Below are positions 16,303 through 25,896 of a stretch of 40,354 nt of DNA, one piece after another. The notes under the pieces are model-generated. The model was not told where the DNA came from. It worked only from the letters and a program-made list of their open reading frames with translations, and made no database searches. Numbering within the stretch: position 1 is the first letter of the stretch; every line of letters begins with the position of its first letter. The translations under genes were made by a program, and so were the position numbers. The stretch is from assembly GCA_029267465.1 (NCBI GenBank), contig JAJUIT010000003.1, positions 1 through 40,354 of the forward strand, given 5' to 3'. The stretch comes from Synergistaceae bacterium. GTDB taxonomy: Bacteria; Synergistota; Synergistia; Synergistales; 79-D21.

Positions 16303-16913
16303 GCCGCGTGGGACAAAATCCCGGAAAGGGTTTTACCCTGGTCGAGGTTCTCGTGGCCATCGGTTTGATGGGCCTGGTGTCGGCGCTCGCCCTCGGGCCT
16401 TTGGCTGCTTTGACCGTAAGGCTGGAAGCGCTTCGGGCGCAGTATGCCGAAGAAGCGGCCCTTTCGTCGGCGCTTTCAGGCATCGCCGCGGACTGCCGGC
16501 AAATCCTCCCTCAAGGGGGAGATGCCCCCTTCCGGACGATCCGGAGAGAGGTCCTCGGGGGGGGCAGGAAAGATGTTCTCCTGGTCTGGACAGGGGCCCC
16601 CCTTTCCAGAAACCAGCCAGCGGCTACCGAGGTTTTTTCGATCGCCGACACCGGCCCCTTCCGGGAGCCGATCCAGCCGGGGCTGTACCGCTGGACCCTG
16701 GCGGGGACCCTCCCCGCGGACGTCAGCCCGGAGCGCCTGGACCCCAGGAAGGCGACCCTCCTGGTGAAAGGGGCGGATCGCTTTTCCGTCTCGGTGTTTG
16801 ACGGCAAGGAATGGGTCGAAGATTATTCCGGACCGGTTCCCCCGGGAGTGGCGCTTGGAATCTCAAGAAGGGGGGTCGAGGCCTCCCATGTGGACACGGT
16901 GCTTTCCTTCTAG
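16299..16913 (+). CDS. gspJ: Type II secretion minor pseudopilin, GspJ-like
   Basis: Prepilin motif KGFTLVEVLVA. 204 aa. C-terminal W...W....P.GV pattern. Directly upstream of gspK. Confidence 0.75.
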   Translation: MSRVGQNPGKGFTLVEVLVAIGLMGLVSALALGPLAALTVRLEALRAQYAEEAALSSALSGIAADCRQILPQGGDAPFRTIRREVLGGGRKDVLLVWTGAPLSRNQPAATEVFSIADTGPFREPIQPGLYRWTLAGTLPADVSPERLDPRKATLLVKGADRFSVSVFDGKEWVEDYSGPVPPGVALGISRRGVEASHVDTVLSF

Positions 16914-17817
16914 CGGGAGGCGGCAGGGCTTCGTCCTCGTCGCCGTCCTGATGGCTGTGGCTGTGCTCGTGACGGGAGCGCTCGCCTTTGCCTGGTTTTC
17001 CAGGATGGAGGTCCGCAAGGCGGAAGCTCTCGCCTTCTCGCTCGAGGCCCGAAGCCTGGCTGAAACCGCCGTATGGGAAATGAAACGGGGGCTTGTCCTG
17101 GATTCGAACGGCTCGGATTCCCTCCTGGAACCCTGGTTCGGGACCTGGCCCCTTCCGGTGGAGGGAAACATCGCCGTTCTCGTGCGCCTGGTTCCGAAAA
17201 ACGACGCGTTGCCGGTGAATTCGCTTTTTCTCCCGGACGGGATCACCCTGAGGCGCGAGTTGGAGATCCCCTGGCAAAGGCTCTGGGAGGAGCTGAAAAG
17301 ACCGGAGCTCGCCGAAGACCTGCTGGATTTCCTTGACAGGGACACGACCCCGAGAGCCGGGGGCCGCGAAGATCCACCCTTTCTCAACCGGCCCCCTTCT
17401 TCCCTGGAGGAGTTGCGCCTTTTCCCGGGCATTGACGAAACGCTCTACAGCGGGAAGAATGAAAAAATCCCGAAAGGGTTGGAGGATTTCCTGACCGTCC
17501 ACAGCGATGGGCGGATTAACGTCAACGTCGCGGCTCCCGGAGTCCTGGAGCTCCTCGACCCGACCCTCACCCCGGCCGTGGTCCGGGAGATCCTCGAAAG
17601 GAGAAACGGGGACCCCCTGTCCGGATGGAACGACCTCTCCGCTCTTCCGGGATTCCCCGCGGGGCTGGAACCGCGGCTTTCGGGTCTTCTGTCTTTCGCC
17701 AGCTCGCATTTTCTGGCACAGATCGAGGTTCGAAAGGGAAACCTCGTTCGACGTTTCGAGGCCGTGCTTCTCAAAAAGGAAAACCGCTGCACGGTCATCG
17801 CCTGGAAGGAGATGTAG
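16888..17817 (+). CDS. gspK: Type II secretion minor pseudopilin GspK
   Basis: RQGFVLVAVL (no Glu5), LLDFLDRD, SLEELRLFPG, GRINVNVA, SSHF. Start taken at ATG 16888. Confidence 0.88.
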   Translation: MWTRCFPSSGRRQGFVLVAVLMAVAVLVTGALAFAWFSRMEVRKAEALAFSLEARSLAETAVWEMKRGLVLDSNGSDSLLEPWFGTWPLPVEGNIAVLVRLVPKNDALPVNSLFLPDGITLRRELEIPWQRLWEELKRPELAEDLLDFLDRDTTPRAGGREDPPFLNRPPSSLEELRLFPGIDETLYSGKNEKIPKGLEDFLTVHSDGRINVNVAAPGVLELLDPTLTPAVVREILERRNGDPLSGWNDLSALPGFPAGLEPRLSGLLSFASSHFLAQIEVRKGNLVRRFEAVLLKKENRCTVIAWKEM

Positions 17818-17823
17818 CGGGGC

Positions 17824-18906
17824 ATGAAAGCCGAATTGACGGGTGGAAAACTCCCCTGCCGTTTCGTCACCCCGGAAGAAATGTCGTTCCATCCCTTTTC
17901 CTTCCCCTTCAGCGATCCGGCCCGCATCCGCCAGGCCCTTTTGCTGCAGCTCGCTTCCCTGATGGGGGAGGATTCGAAGCGGTTGCACCTGTGCCCGGTG
18001 GTTTTCCAGAGAGAAAAGGAAAGGACCCGGGGAGTTGCTCTGGTCTATCCGGATGACCTGGACAAGGGGCTGGAAAAAGGCGGAGAAACGCGCCTTTTTC
18101 CGGCTCCCCTAGCTTTCGGTGCGGCCCTCGACGGTTCAGGCCTCGGTGTTTGGGCCGACGAAAGCCACGTGTCGGCCGTCCTCTGGCGGGAGGGGATCCC
18201 AATCCTTTACCGCTGCGTTTCGCGGGCCGAGGCCGAACCCCAAGAGGTGATCGAATGGGTTCGGTCCTCTTCGGGAGAATCGGATTTCCCCGTCTTCCTC
18301 TTGGACAGCCGCGTCCTTCCCGATGCGGCGGAGCGCCTGGAGGCAGAGGCCCGGCGGACCTGGGCCGCCTTCCCTGCCCTCGCCCCCCTGGACCTTTCCC
18401 CCCGGCGCATGGAATCAGCCCTGCGGATCGAGCACCTTTCGGCCAACCTCAAACCCGCCCTTTCCGCCGGCCTGGTCCTGGGAATTCTCTTTTTGGCCGC
18501 TTCCGCCCTTTCCGCCCTTTCCGCCCAAAACCGTCTCGAAGCCTATGAAACGGCCTCCATCCGGCTTTACCGCGAGGTCTTCGACCCCACCGGCCCCGTT
18601 CGCGACCCCCTGAGCCAGGCTAAAGCCCGCCTGGCCGCCGTTTCCGGTACGGAGGAAAACGACGGGCTGATCCAGGTTTTCGCCATGCTGGGACGGGCCT
18701 GCCAGAAATCCGGTGAGGGGATCGTTCTCGATACGCTGCGATACTCCCAGAGACAGACGGAATTGACCGGCAAGGGACCATCCGTGGAGGCCGTCCGGGC
18801 CTTCCAACAGGCCCTGGAAGCCGGGGAAACTTCGCTCGAGGATCTCCAGCAGCTTCCCGCGGGACAGTACCGCTTCAAAATCATCGTCAGGGGGAAAAAC
18901 CAGTGA
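17824..18906 (+). CDS. gspL: Type II secretion inner-membrane platform protein GspL
   Basis: Position after gspK. FPFSDPARIRQAL cytoplasmic domain, one TM, LYREVF...VRDPLSQAK, PilN-like periplasmic end. Confidence 0.75.
   Translation: MKAELTGGKLPCRFVTPEEMSFHPFSFPFSDPARIRQALLLQLASLMGEDSKRLHLCPVVFQREKERTRGVALVYPDDLDKGLEKGGETRLFPAPLAFGAALDGSGLGVWADESHVSAVLWREGIPILYRCVSRAEAEPQEVIEWVRSSSGESDFPVFLLDSRVLPDAAERLEAEARRTWAAFPALAPLDLSPRRMESALRIEHLSANLKPALSAGLVLGILFLAASALSALSAQNRLEAYETASIRLYREVFDPTGPVRDPLSQAKARLAAVSGTEENDGLIQVFAMLGRACQKSGEGIVLDTLRYSQRQTELTGKGPSVEAVRAFQQALEAGETSLEDLQQLPAGQYRFKIIVRGKNQ
18501..18526 (+). repeat. In-frame 9-bp tandem repeat (TTCCGCCCT, about 3 copies) in gspL
   Basis: Seen directly; encodes SALSALSA at the end of the TM segment. 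Confidence 0.6.
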
Positions 18907-19418
18907 AGACGCCCTGGAAGGAGCTCATCGCCCGGCTTGGTCCATCCGCTTCCGGGGACGAGGCCATCCAGCGGAGGACGCGGATCTTGGCCATGGCGGT
19001 CCTGGTCTTTTTCCTCTGGGGAACCGGTTTGCTCCTCCTTGACCGTGCCCGTGAAACCGAAAACCGCATCGCCCTGGCGGCGGCCCGATTCTCCAGCCTG
19101 GCGAAAACCTCCCAGGCCTACCGGGCCCTTGTGCCCTCCCGCGCCGCGGGGAAAGCCATCAGCAACCCGGCGGATCCTCTTGCCGCTGCCTCGGAAGCGA
19201 TCGACCGGCTGCAGGTCAAGGATCGCCTGAAAAGCCTTTCAAGCTCCAGCCGAGGGGTTTCCATCGAACTGGAGGGACTCGGACAAAAGGAAACCCTTTC
19301 TTTGATCCGAGAGTTGAAGAAAGCCCGGCTGGCCGTTACCGCCGCCGAGATTCGCGCCCTGCCGCTTGGCGGGAAGAGGAGCCTTTCCGTGACCCTGCTT
19401 TTGGGAGGACAGCCATGA
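18903..19418 (+). CDS. gspM: Type II secretion protein GspM-like
   Basis: 171 aa, single N-terminal TM after RRTR, ferredoxin-like end (VSIELEGL...). Synteny after gspL, GTGA overlap. Confidence 0.65.
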   Translation: MKTPWKELIARLGPSASGDEAIQRRTRILAMAVLVFFLWGTGLLLLDRARETENRIALAAARFSSLAKTSQAYRALVPSRAAGKAISNPADPLAAASEAIDRLQVKDRLKSLSSSSRGVSIELEGLGQKETLSLIRELKKARLAVTAAEIRALPLGGKRSLSVTLLLGGQP

Positions 19419-20017
19419 ACCGCCCTCGGATCTCGGCCATAGGAACCACACTCGCCCTGCTCGCGGCTTTTCTCCTGGGAGCTTTCTGGGCTTTTCCCTG
19501 GGACCGGCTGGCGGAAACGATTCTTGAAGAAGCCTCGCGAAAAGCGACAGCCGCAGGATTTCGTCTGGACCAGGGAACCGTGCGGACGAACTCCCGCTTT
19601 CCCCTTGAGGTTGAGATCCGGGAGGTTTCGCTGGCGAACGTCCTGGGCTCGGTTCGGGCTCCTTCGGTCAAGGTCCGGCTGAAGCCTCTCGTCTTTCTTA
19701 CCCGGATGGCAGCGGGCCTGAAACTCGAAAGCCAGGCAGCCCGGCTCGAGCTTCCAGGGAGCCGACCCCTGGCCCTGACAGGGATCAAGGCTGATTTGGA
19801 TTTCTCCCGTTCGGAAGCCCGGATTCGCACCCTTTCTGTCGGTGGAGACCTGGGCCTTTCAGGAACGCTGACCTGGTCTTTCAACAGAAAACGGCTCTCC
19901 TTCACGGACCTGTCGATCCGGGCCCCCGAGAGCCTGGACCCCGGGTTGAACCTTCTCCGCTTCTCCATCGGCCTCCGGCCCGAAGGAAGCGGTCAGTGGA
20001 GGCTGAGAGTTCCATGA
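19415..20017 (+). CDS. gspN: Type II secretion protein GspN-like
   Basis: N-terminal TM ending FPWDRL, beta-rich periplasmic part (GGDLGLSGTL). Synteny after gspM, ATGA overlap. Confidence 0.6.
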   Translation: MNRPRISAIGTTLALLAAFLLGAFWAFPWDRLAETILEEASRKATAAGFRLDQGTVRTNSRFPLEVEIREVSLANVLGSVRAPSVKVRLKPLVFLTRMAAGLKLESQAARLELPGSRPLALTGIKADLDFSRSEARIRTLSVGGDLGLSGTLTWSFNRKRLSFTDLSIRAPESLDPGLNLLRFSIGLRPEGSGQWRLRVP

Positions 20018-20895
20018 GACTGACTCGGCTTGATTGGGCTTTTCCATGGAGGCTCCTTTACAGGATTTTGGCCGCCTTTCTTTGCGGCGTCCTTTTCGCC
20101 AGGCTCTCCGGCCTGTTTCTGGACGGCTTCGCCGCGAAACGGCGTTTCGAGCGGGCCCTTCGATCCGATCCCGCCGCCGCTCAACTGGAAGACAGAAGCT
20201 CCCTGGAGAACGATCTCGAAGCCTTCCTTGGGCGCAATCCATTCTCTCTTGAAGGAGAGGACCCCTCAACTCGTGGCCTGTCCGGGGAAATCCGGCTCCT
20301 GGGTACCTTCCCTCCCCTGGGAGCCCTTTTCGCGGTGAACGGAAGTACCAGGGCGGTCCTGGCGGGCCAGAAAATCGTGGGCGAAACCCTGAAAAAAATC
20401 GAGGGAACGCGCGCCGTCCTTGAAGGACCCGGCGGGACCCGCGTCCTTGAAGTTCTCTATGCGGGAGTGGGGGGGGACTCCCCCGCTTTTGTTCCGCCGC
20501 CTGCCTTTCCCACGGGAAGGGAACCGCGAGGCGTCTTCGACCCGAAACGGGGAATCCGGGGACCTTCCAACGGGCAGGAGGGAACCATCGAAAGGGACCT
20601 GATCAACAAACTCCTGATGGATCCCTACCAGGAACTGAACCGGGTCCGATTCCGACCGAAGATCGGGGAGGACGGAACCGCCCGGGGAATCGAGGTCCAG
20701 TGGCTTCATAAAGACAGCCTGCTTTCGGCCGTCGGAATCCGTTCCGGGGACGTCATCCATTCGCTGAACGACATTCCCATCCGAACGACCGCGGATATCG
20801 TGAACGCCATCAACTCCCTGCTGAACAGCGACCGGTTCGTTGTGTCCTTCTTCCGGGAAGGGACGGACTCGCAGGTCGCCTACTCGGTAAAATGA
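20014..20895 (+). CDS. gspC: Type II secretion protein GspC with PDZ domain
   Basis: N-terminal TM, HR-like IRLLGT region, PDZ (SLLSAVGIRSGDVIHSLND). ATG 20014 overlaps the gspN stop. Confidence 0.75.
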   Translation: MRLTRLDWAFPWRLLYRILAAFLCGVLFARLSGLFLDGFAAKRRFERALRSDPAAAQLEDRSSLENDLEAFLGRNPFSLEGEDPSTRGLSGEIRLLGTFPPLGALFAVNGSTRAVLAGQKIVGETLKKIEGTRAVLEGPGGTRVLEVLYAGVGGDSPAFVPPPAFPTGREPRGVFDPKRGIRGPSNGQEGTIERDLINKLLMDPYQELNRVRFRPKIGEDGTARGIEVQWLHKDSLLSAVGIRSGDVIHSLNDIPIRTTADIVNAINSLLNSDRFVVSFFREGTDSQVAYSVK

Positions 20896-21233
20896 AGGAA
20901 AAGAGAACATTCCGCCGGGGAGGCTTCACCCTGCTGGAAGTGTTAGTCGCTGTTTCAATCATGGGCCTTGCGGCGGCCGGAGCCCTGAGACTGGTCTTTC
21001 TTTCGGAGAAAGCCCTGGATGAAGCCCGCCAGAAACGTCTTTTCATCGAGGAAGTTTCACGGCTGCGTCTCGACCTGCTTTACGGAAGGGCCCCGGACAA
21101 CGGCAAAAGCGGCGACCTGTTCTGGGAAACACGCCGCGTTAGCCGCCCTTTTCTGGACAACCGCTGGGATATCCGGTACAGGACGGTGTCGGTCAAATCC
21201 AAAACCCGCACCATGGAACTGATACTTCCCTGA
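20892..21233 (+). CDS. gspI: Type II secretion minor pseudopilin, GspI-like
   Basis: RRGGFTLLEVLVAVSI prepilin motif. 113 aa, the size of GspI. Confidence 0.72.
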   Translation: MKEKRTFRRGGFTLLEVLVAVSIMGLAAAGALRLVFLSEKALDEARQKRLFIEEVSRLRLDLLYGRAPDNGKSGDLFWETRRVSRPFLDNRWDIRYRTVSVKSKTRTMELILP

Positions 21234-21247
21234 GGGAGGGGATTCTC

Positions 21248-23218
21248 TTGCACCGTAAGCGTCATCCATTCATATCCTTCATCCTGTTTCTCGTCATCGT
21301 GGCTGCCGGAACGTCTGTCGGCGGACCCTGCCGGGGCCAGACCCCCCAGGACGAAGGCAGCCTCGTCGAAGCCGCAAGGGCAATGCGAAACTCGGGATCC
21401 GTCCAGTTCAATTTCCGGGACCTGGATCTCGGCACCTTTATCCGGTTCATGTCAGAGCTGCTGCAGGAGAACATCCTCATCGATCCTACCGTGAAGGGGA
21501 CGGTTACGGTGGTTTCGCCGAGAGCCCTCAGCCTGCCGGAGGCCCGACAGGCGATGCTCTCGGTCCTGGAAATGAACGGACTTTCGCTCCAGCGAACGGG
21601 AACGTACAGCAAGGTCGTTCCAGCATCCAAGGGCCAAAGCACCGATTACGCCGTCCGGAAGGGAAGGGTGGGCCCGGGGTTTGGGGAGAGCTTTGTCACA
21701 CAGATCGTTCCGCTGGATTACGTTTCCGCGTCCTTCGTTGCGGATGGGATCAAAGCCGCCATGAGCGGCGAGGTGGGAGTCGCCCCCATGGCCAGCGGGG
21801 CCAAGGTCCTCCTCATGGGGAAAGCGACGGCGATCCAGAAGGCGCTGGGAGTCATCAACGCCCTCGATGCCGCCGACAGCCTGAAGAACAGCAGGACCGT
21901 CGATATTCGGAACACCACTCCCTCCTCCCTTGCTTCCCAGTTGACAGCGATGGCCAAAGACCCGGCTTCCCCCCTGGCCGGGCTTTTGGCCGTTCCCGAC
22001 GACGCTTCGCGCAAACTCGTCCTGATCGGGGAAAAACGCGTTTTCGGCGAAGCCCAGAAAATCATCCGGGAGCTGGATATCCCTGCCCGCGCAGGGCAGT
22101 ATCACGTGGTCCCGCTGAAAAACACCGACGCAAGAATCATGGCCGAGAAACTGAGCACGATTCTTTCCACCGCCTCAAAGCTTCAGCCTGACCAGAAAGG
22201 GGCCCTCCCCGCCAGCGTTGTGGCGGACCCGGGGACGAACAGCCTGATCTTCGTGGCGGAAGACGCAACCGCGAGAAACATCGAGGCGATCATCCAGAAG
22301 CTCGACATCCAGCCCAAGCAGGTTTTTATCCGGGGCCTCATCGCCGAGGTCAACATGACCCGGCTGAACAACGCCGGGATCGACTGGGCCACCTGGGGAG
22401 GAGCCATCACCGGCGACGCCGTGCTGGCCGGCCAGGCCGCGCTGGGCAACCCGACGGGAATCCCCTCGGAGTTCGTCAACTGGTTCCGGGACCTGACCCG
22501 GGTTGAGGAAAAGGAATACGACAAGAACGGGAACCTGGTCACCACGACGAAATACGAGGGGAAATCGCTCATCTACGCCACGATCAACATGCTGAAGAAA
22601 TACGACGCCATCAACGTGCTATCCATGCCGAGGCTTCTTTGCACCGACAACATGGAAAGCGAGCTGCAGGTCGGCCAGGTGATCCCCCAGCTCAAATCGA
22701 AGCTGGCGGATACGACCAACCCGAGCGCCGTCCAGAACAGCTACGATTACAAGGACACGGGACTCATCCTGAAGGTGACCCCCCACGTGCGAAGCGGAAA
22801 CCTGGTCGCCCTGGAGATCGACCAGACCGTGGAAGACGTTCTCACACCCATGACCGTGAACACCCCCACCACGTCCAAGCGCCAGATCAAGAGCAACGTC
22901 ACCGTCGGGGACGGACAGACCATCGTCCTTGGCGGGCTCATCAAGGAATCCGAAAAGTCCGTCAAGTCGAGGGTTCCAATCCTGTCCTACATCCCTCTCC
23001 TCGGGGACTTCTTCAAGAGCGCGGCAAAATCGCGCGAGAAGATCGACCTGTTGATCTTCCTGACGCCCCAGATCCTCGAGACCCCTGAAGAGGCGAGCCT
23101 TCTGACGAATCAGATTTCCAATTCGTCGGGCGACGTGGAAACCCAGCTGACCGAGATGGAGCGCCTCTATAAACAGAAGAACGACGCCCTTTACAGGCAG
23201 GGAGTGAAAAACCAGTGA
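21248..23218 (+). CDS. gspD: Type II secretion secretin GspD
   Basis: Signal peptide, N0 (FNFRDLDL..FI..IDPTVKGTVTV), N domains, QVFIRGLIAEV, LSMPRLL, YKDTGLILKVTP, DGQTIVLGGLI, VPILSYIPLLG. Confidence 0.95.
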   Translation: MHRKRHPFISFILFLVIVAAGTSVGGPCRGQTPQDEGSLVEAARAMRNSGSVQFNFRDLDLGTFIRFMSELLQENILIDPTVKGTVTVVSPRALSLPEARQAMLSVLEMNGLSLQRTGTYSKVVPASKGQSTDYAVRKGRVGPGFGESFVTQIVPLDYVSASFVADGIKAAMSGEVGVAPMASGAKVLLMGKATAIQKALGVINALDAADSLKNSRTVDIRNTTPSSLASQLTAMAKDPASPLAGLLAVPDDASRKLVLIGEKRVFGEAQKIIRELDIPARAGQYHVVPLKNTDARIMAEKLSTILSTASKLQPDQKGALPASVVADPGTNSLIFVAEDATARNIEAIIQKLDIQPKQVFIRGLIAEVNMTRLNNAGIDWATWGGAITGDAVLAGQAALGNPTGIPSEFVNWFRDLTRVEEKEYDKNGNLVTTTKYEGKSLIYATINMLKKYDAINVLSMPRLLCTDNMESELQVGQVIPQLKSKLADTTNPSAVQNSYDYKDTGLILKVTPHVRSGNLVALEIDQTVEDVLTPMTVNTPTTSKRQIKSNVTVGDGQTIVLGGLIKESEKSVKSRVPILSYIPLLGDFFKSAAKSREKIDLLIFLTPQILETPEEASLLTNQISNSSGDVETQLTEMERLYKQKNDALYRQGVKNQ

Positions 23219-24696
23219 GCGAAACGGGCTTCGACCCCGAGGAAATCCTTTCTCTCATCCCGGAAAACCTGAGCCTCGACACCCTCCGGGGGGCCGGAGT
23301 CCTTCCGCTGCGCAGGGAGGGAGACTCCCTGGTGCTGGCCGTCTCGTCCCTGGAAACCTACGGCAACGCCCAGCTCCTCTCCCGGTCCTTCGAAGGGAAA
23401 ATCCGGATCGAGATCGCCGATCCCGCCCTGATGAACGGGCTTTTTGACCGCCTGTACACCCTTCGGAGCCGGATCGCCTCGGACGACCTCGAAGCCATCG
23501 AAGGAGTCCTGGACCTGGACACGGTGGCCCGCGAGGACATCCAGAGCGACTCGGTCTCCGCACCGGTGATCCGCCTCGTGAACAGCCTTCTCTTTGAAGC
23601 CGTGAAGGAGAGGGCGACGGATATCCATGTCGAACCCTTCGAGGACCGCTGCGAGATCAGGTTCCGGGTGGACGGCGTCCTCCACGAAAAGCTGAGCCTT
23701 CCGAAAACCCACCAGGCCCCCCTGACGACCCGGATCAAGGTCATGGCCCGCATGGACATCTCTGAACGGTTCTCTCCACAGGACGGGCGGATCGGCATAT
23801 CCGTGGGCGGCCGCTCCGTGGACATCCGGGTCGGATCGGTGCCCACCCGGCATGGAGAAAGGCTAGCTCTCAGGCTCCTGGACAAGAGACAGGGGCTTTT
23901 AACGCTGGACCAGCTCGGCATGCCGGAAAAAAGCAGGGCGGCCCTGGAGGGAATGGTTTCAAGGCCGTACGGGATGATCCTCCTGACCGGCCCCACGGGG
24001 TCTGGAAAGACGACGACCCTTTACGCCATCCTGCAAAAACTCGCTCGGCCCGAGGTGAACATCATCACCGTCGAAGACCCGATCGAATACGACCTGCCGG
24101 GTGTCGGGCAAATCCAGGTGAACGAAAAGGCCGGGGTCACGTTTGCCTCCGCCCTCAGGGCCATCCTGAGACAGGATCCAGACATCATCATGGTGGGCGA
24201 AATGCGGGATTTCGAAACCGCTCACATGGGAGTCCAGGCTTCCCTGACGGGCCATCTCGTGCTGTCGACCCTCCATACCAACGACGCCCCCAGCGCAGTC
24301 GTAAGGCTGGCGGACATGGGAGTGGAATCCTACCTGGTGGCAGGCTCACTCCTGGGAGTCGTGGCCCAGCGCCTTGTCCGGCGCACCTGCCCATCCTGCT
24401 CGGCCGAGGCTGAAGCCCCTCCCCCCTTTCGGAAAGCGGGGATCGAAACCGTCCAAAGGGGCACCGGCTGCGAGCAATGCCTGGGAACCGGTTATTATGG
24501 CCGCTTCGGCCTTTATGAACTGCTGGTGATGGACGACTCCCTCAGGGAAGCCGTTTCGAAAGGCGCCTCCTCTTCAAAAATCCGGGAACTCGCCAGGGAA
24601 AGGGGATTCAAAACCCTCTGGGAGGCGGGACTGAAAAGGGTACGGCAGGGCCTGACTACCCCCGAGGAACTGATCCGGGCGGTCGGGGAGGCTTAA
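23215..24696 (+). CDS. gspE: Type II secretion ATPase GspE
   Basis: ATDIHVEP, PQDGRI, Walker A GPTGSGKTTT, TVEDPIE, LRQDPDIIMVGEMRD, TGHLVLSTLHTN, CxxC...CxxC. Confidence 0.95.
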   Translation: MSETGFDPEEILSLIPENLSLDTLRGAGVLPLRREGDSLVLAVSSLETYGNAQLLSRSFEGKIRIEIADPALMNGLFDRLYTLRSRIASDDLEAIEGVLDLDTVAREDIQSDSVSAPVIRLVNSLLFEAVKERATDIHVEPFEDRCEIRFRVDGVLHEKLSLPKTHQAPLTTRIKVMARMDISERFSPQDGRIGISVGGRSVDIRVGSVPTRHGERLALRLLDKRQGLLTLDQLGMPEKSRAALEGMVSRPYGMILLTGPTGSGKTTTLYAILQKLARPEVNIITVEDPIEYDLPGVGQIQVNEKAGVTFASALRAILRQDPDIIMVGEMRDFETAHMGVQASLTGHLVLSTLHTNDAPSAVVRLADMGVESYLVAGSLLGVVAQRLVRRTCPSCSAEAEAPPPFRKAGIETVQRGTGCEQCLGTGYYGRFGLYELLVMDDSLREAVSKGASSSKIRELARERGFKTLWEAGLKRVRQGLTTPEELIRAVGEA

Positions 24697-24700
24697 ACCG

Positions 24701-25861
24701 ATGCCGAGATTTCGCTACACAGCATACGACGTTCAGGGGAAGCCGGTGACGGGAGAGCTGGAAGGAATCAGCGAGGGCTCCGCGGTGCAGGCCCTTCGGA
24801 AGGAGGGGCTGGTTCCCGTGGAGCTTCGCGTGCTGGCGGACCGGCACGGGGCTTCCCGAAAAAGGGGGGAACAGGTTCCTCTCGAAGACCATTTGCTCTT
24901 CTGCAGGAGCCTTGCCGGTTACCTGAGAGGCGGCTTAACCCTGAGCCATGTCCTGGTCCTTTTGGGGAAACAGTCCCCGAGCGAAAGCCTGCGGGAACTT
25001 TACAGCGGCCTGAAGGCGGAAGTCGAGGCGGGAAAGAGCCTGGGAGCGGCGATGCGGGAATCCCGACGATTCAGGGGGGACCTGGTTGGGATGGTGGAAT
25101 CCGGGGAACGGAGCGGATCCCTTCCCCAGGTCCTGGACAGAGCCGCCCGCCTTTACCGGCTGGAAATCAGCCTGCGCAGGCGGGTGCGAAGCGCGCTCAC
25201 CTACCCCCTCGTCATGTTCGGGGTCGGAACGGTCGTGGTGGTTTTCCTTCTGACCTATGTCGTTCCGAAGCTTTCGGCCCTTTTTGCCGACATGGGAGAA
25301 AGCCTTCCGCTTCCAACAAGGCTTCTGCTCTGGCTGTCTGCCTTTCTAAAATCCGCAGGAATCCCTCTCCTCCTCGCAGCGACGGCATTCCTGCTATTCC
25401 TGGGACGAAAAAGATCCCTGCTTTCGAGACTCCCGTTCAGGGGCTTGAAGGAACGCATCACCTTATCCCTGGTCTTTTCGCACCTTGCGACTCTCCTGGA
25501 TTGCGGGATCCCTCTTGTCCAGGCCCTTTCAATGGTCGCCCCGATGGATCCGGCCCCGGGAAGATGGGATTCGGTCTCGGAGAGAATCCGGAAAGGGTAC
25601 CGGCTTGGACAGGCTCTCCACGACGAAGGTTCCTTCCCGGAAGACGCCGTCTACATCGTCCAGGTGGGAGAAGCCGGTGGGGAGCTGTCCGAAGCCCTCC
25701 AGCAGGTAGCGGACAACAGCTGGGAAATCGCCGAAAACCGAATGGCGCGGCTGGCTGACCTCGTCGAACCGGCAATGGTCCTCGCCCTTGGCGCGATCGT
25801 GGGATTTGTCGTCGTTGCCATCCTCCTGCCGATCTTCGATCTGTCGTCTCTCATCCGGTAA
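24701..25861 (+). CDS. gspF: Type II secretion inner-membrane protein GspF
   Basis: MPRFRYTAYD, GERSGSL, SALTYP, LPLPTR, GEAGGEL, EP...AILLPIF. Confidence 0.93.
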   Translation: MPRFRYTAYDVQGKPVTGELEGISEGSAVQALRKEGLVPVELRVLADRHGASRKRGEQVPLEDHLLFCRSLAGYLRGGLTLSHVLVLLGKQSPSESLRELYSGLKAEVEAGKSLGAAMRESRRFRGDLVGMVESGERSGSLPQVLDRAARLYRLEISLRRRVRSALTYPLVMFGVGTVVVVFLLTYVVPKLSALFADMGESLPLPTRLLLWLSAFLKSAGIPLLLAATAFLLFLGRKRSLLSRLPFRGLKERITLSLVFSHLATLLDCGIPLVQALSMVAPMDPAPGRWDSVSERIRKGYRLGQALHDEGSFPEDAVYIVQVGEAGGELSEALQQVADNSWEIAENRMARLADLVEPAMVLALGAIVGFVVVAILLPIFDLSSLIR

Positions 25862-25896
25862 AACGAATGAAAAACAAAACCAAGGAGGTCCTTCTT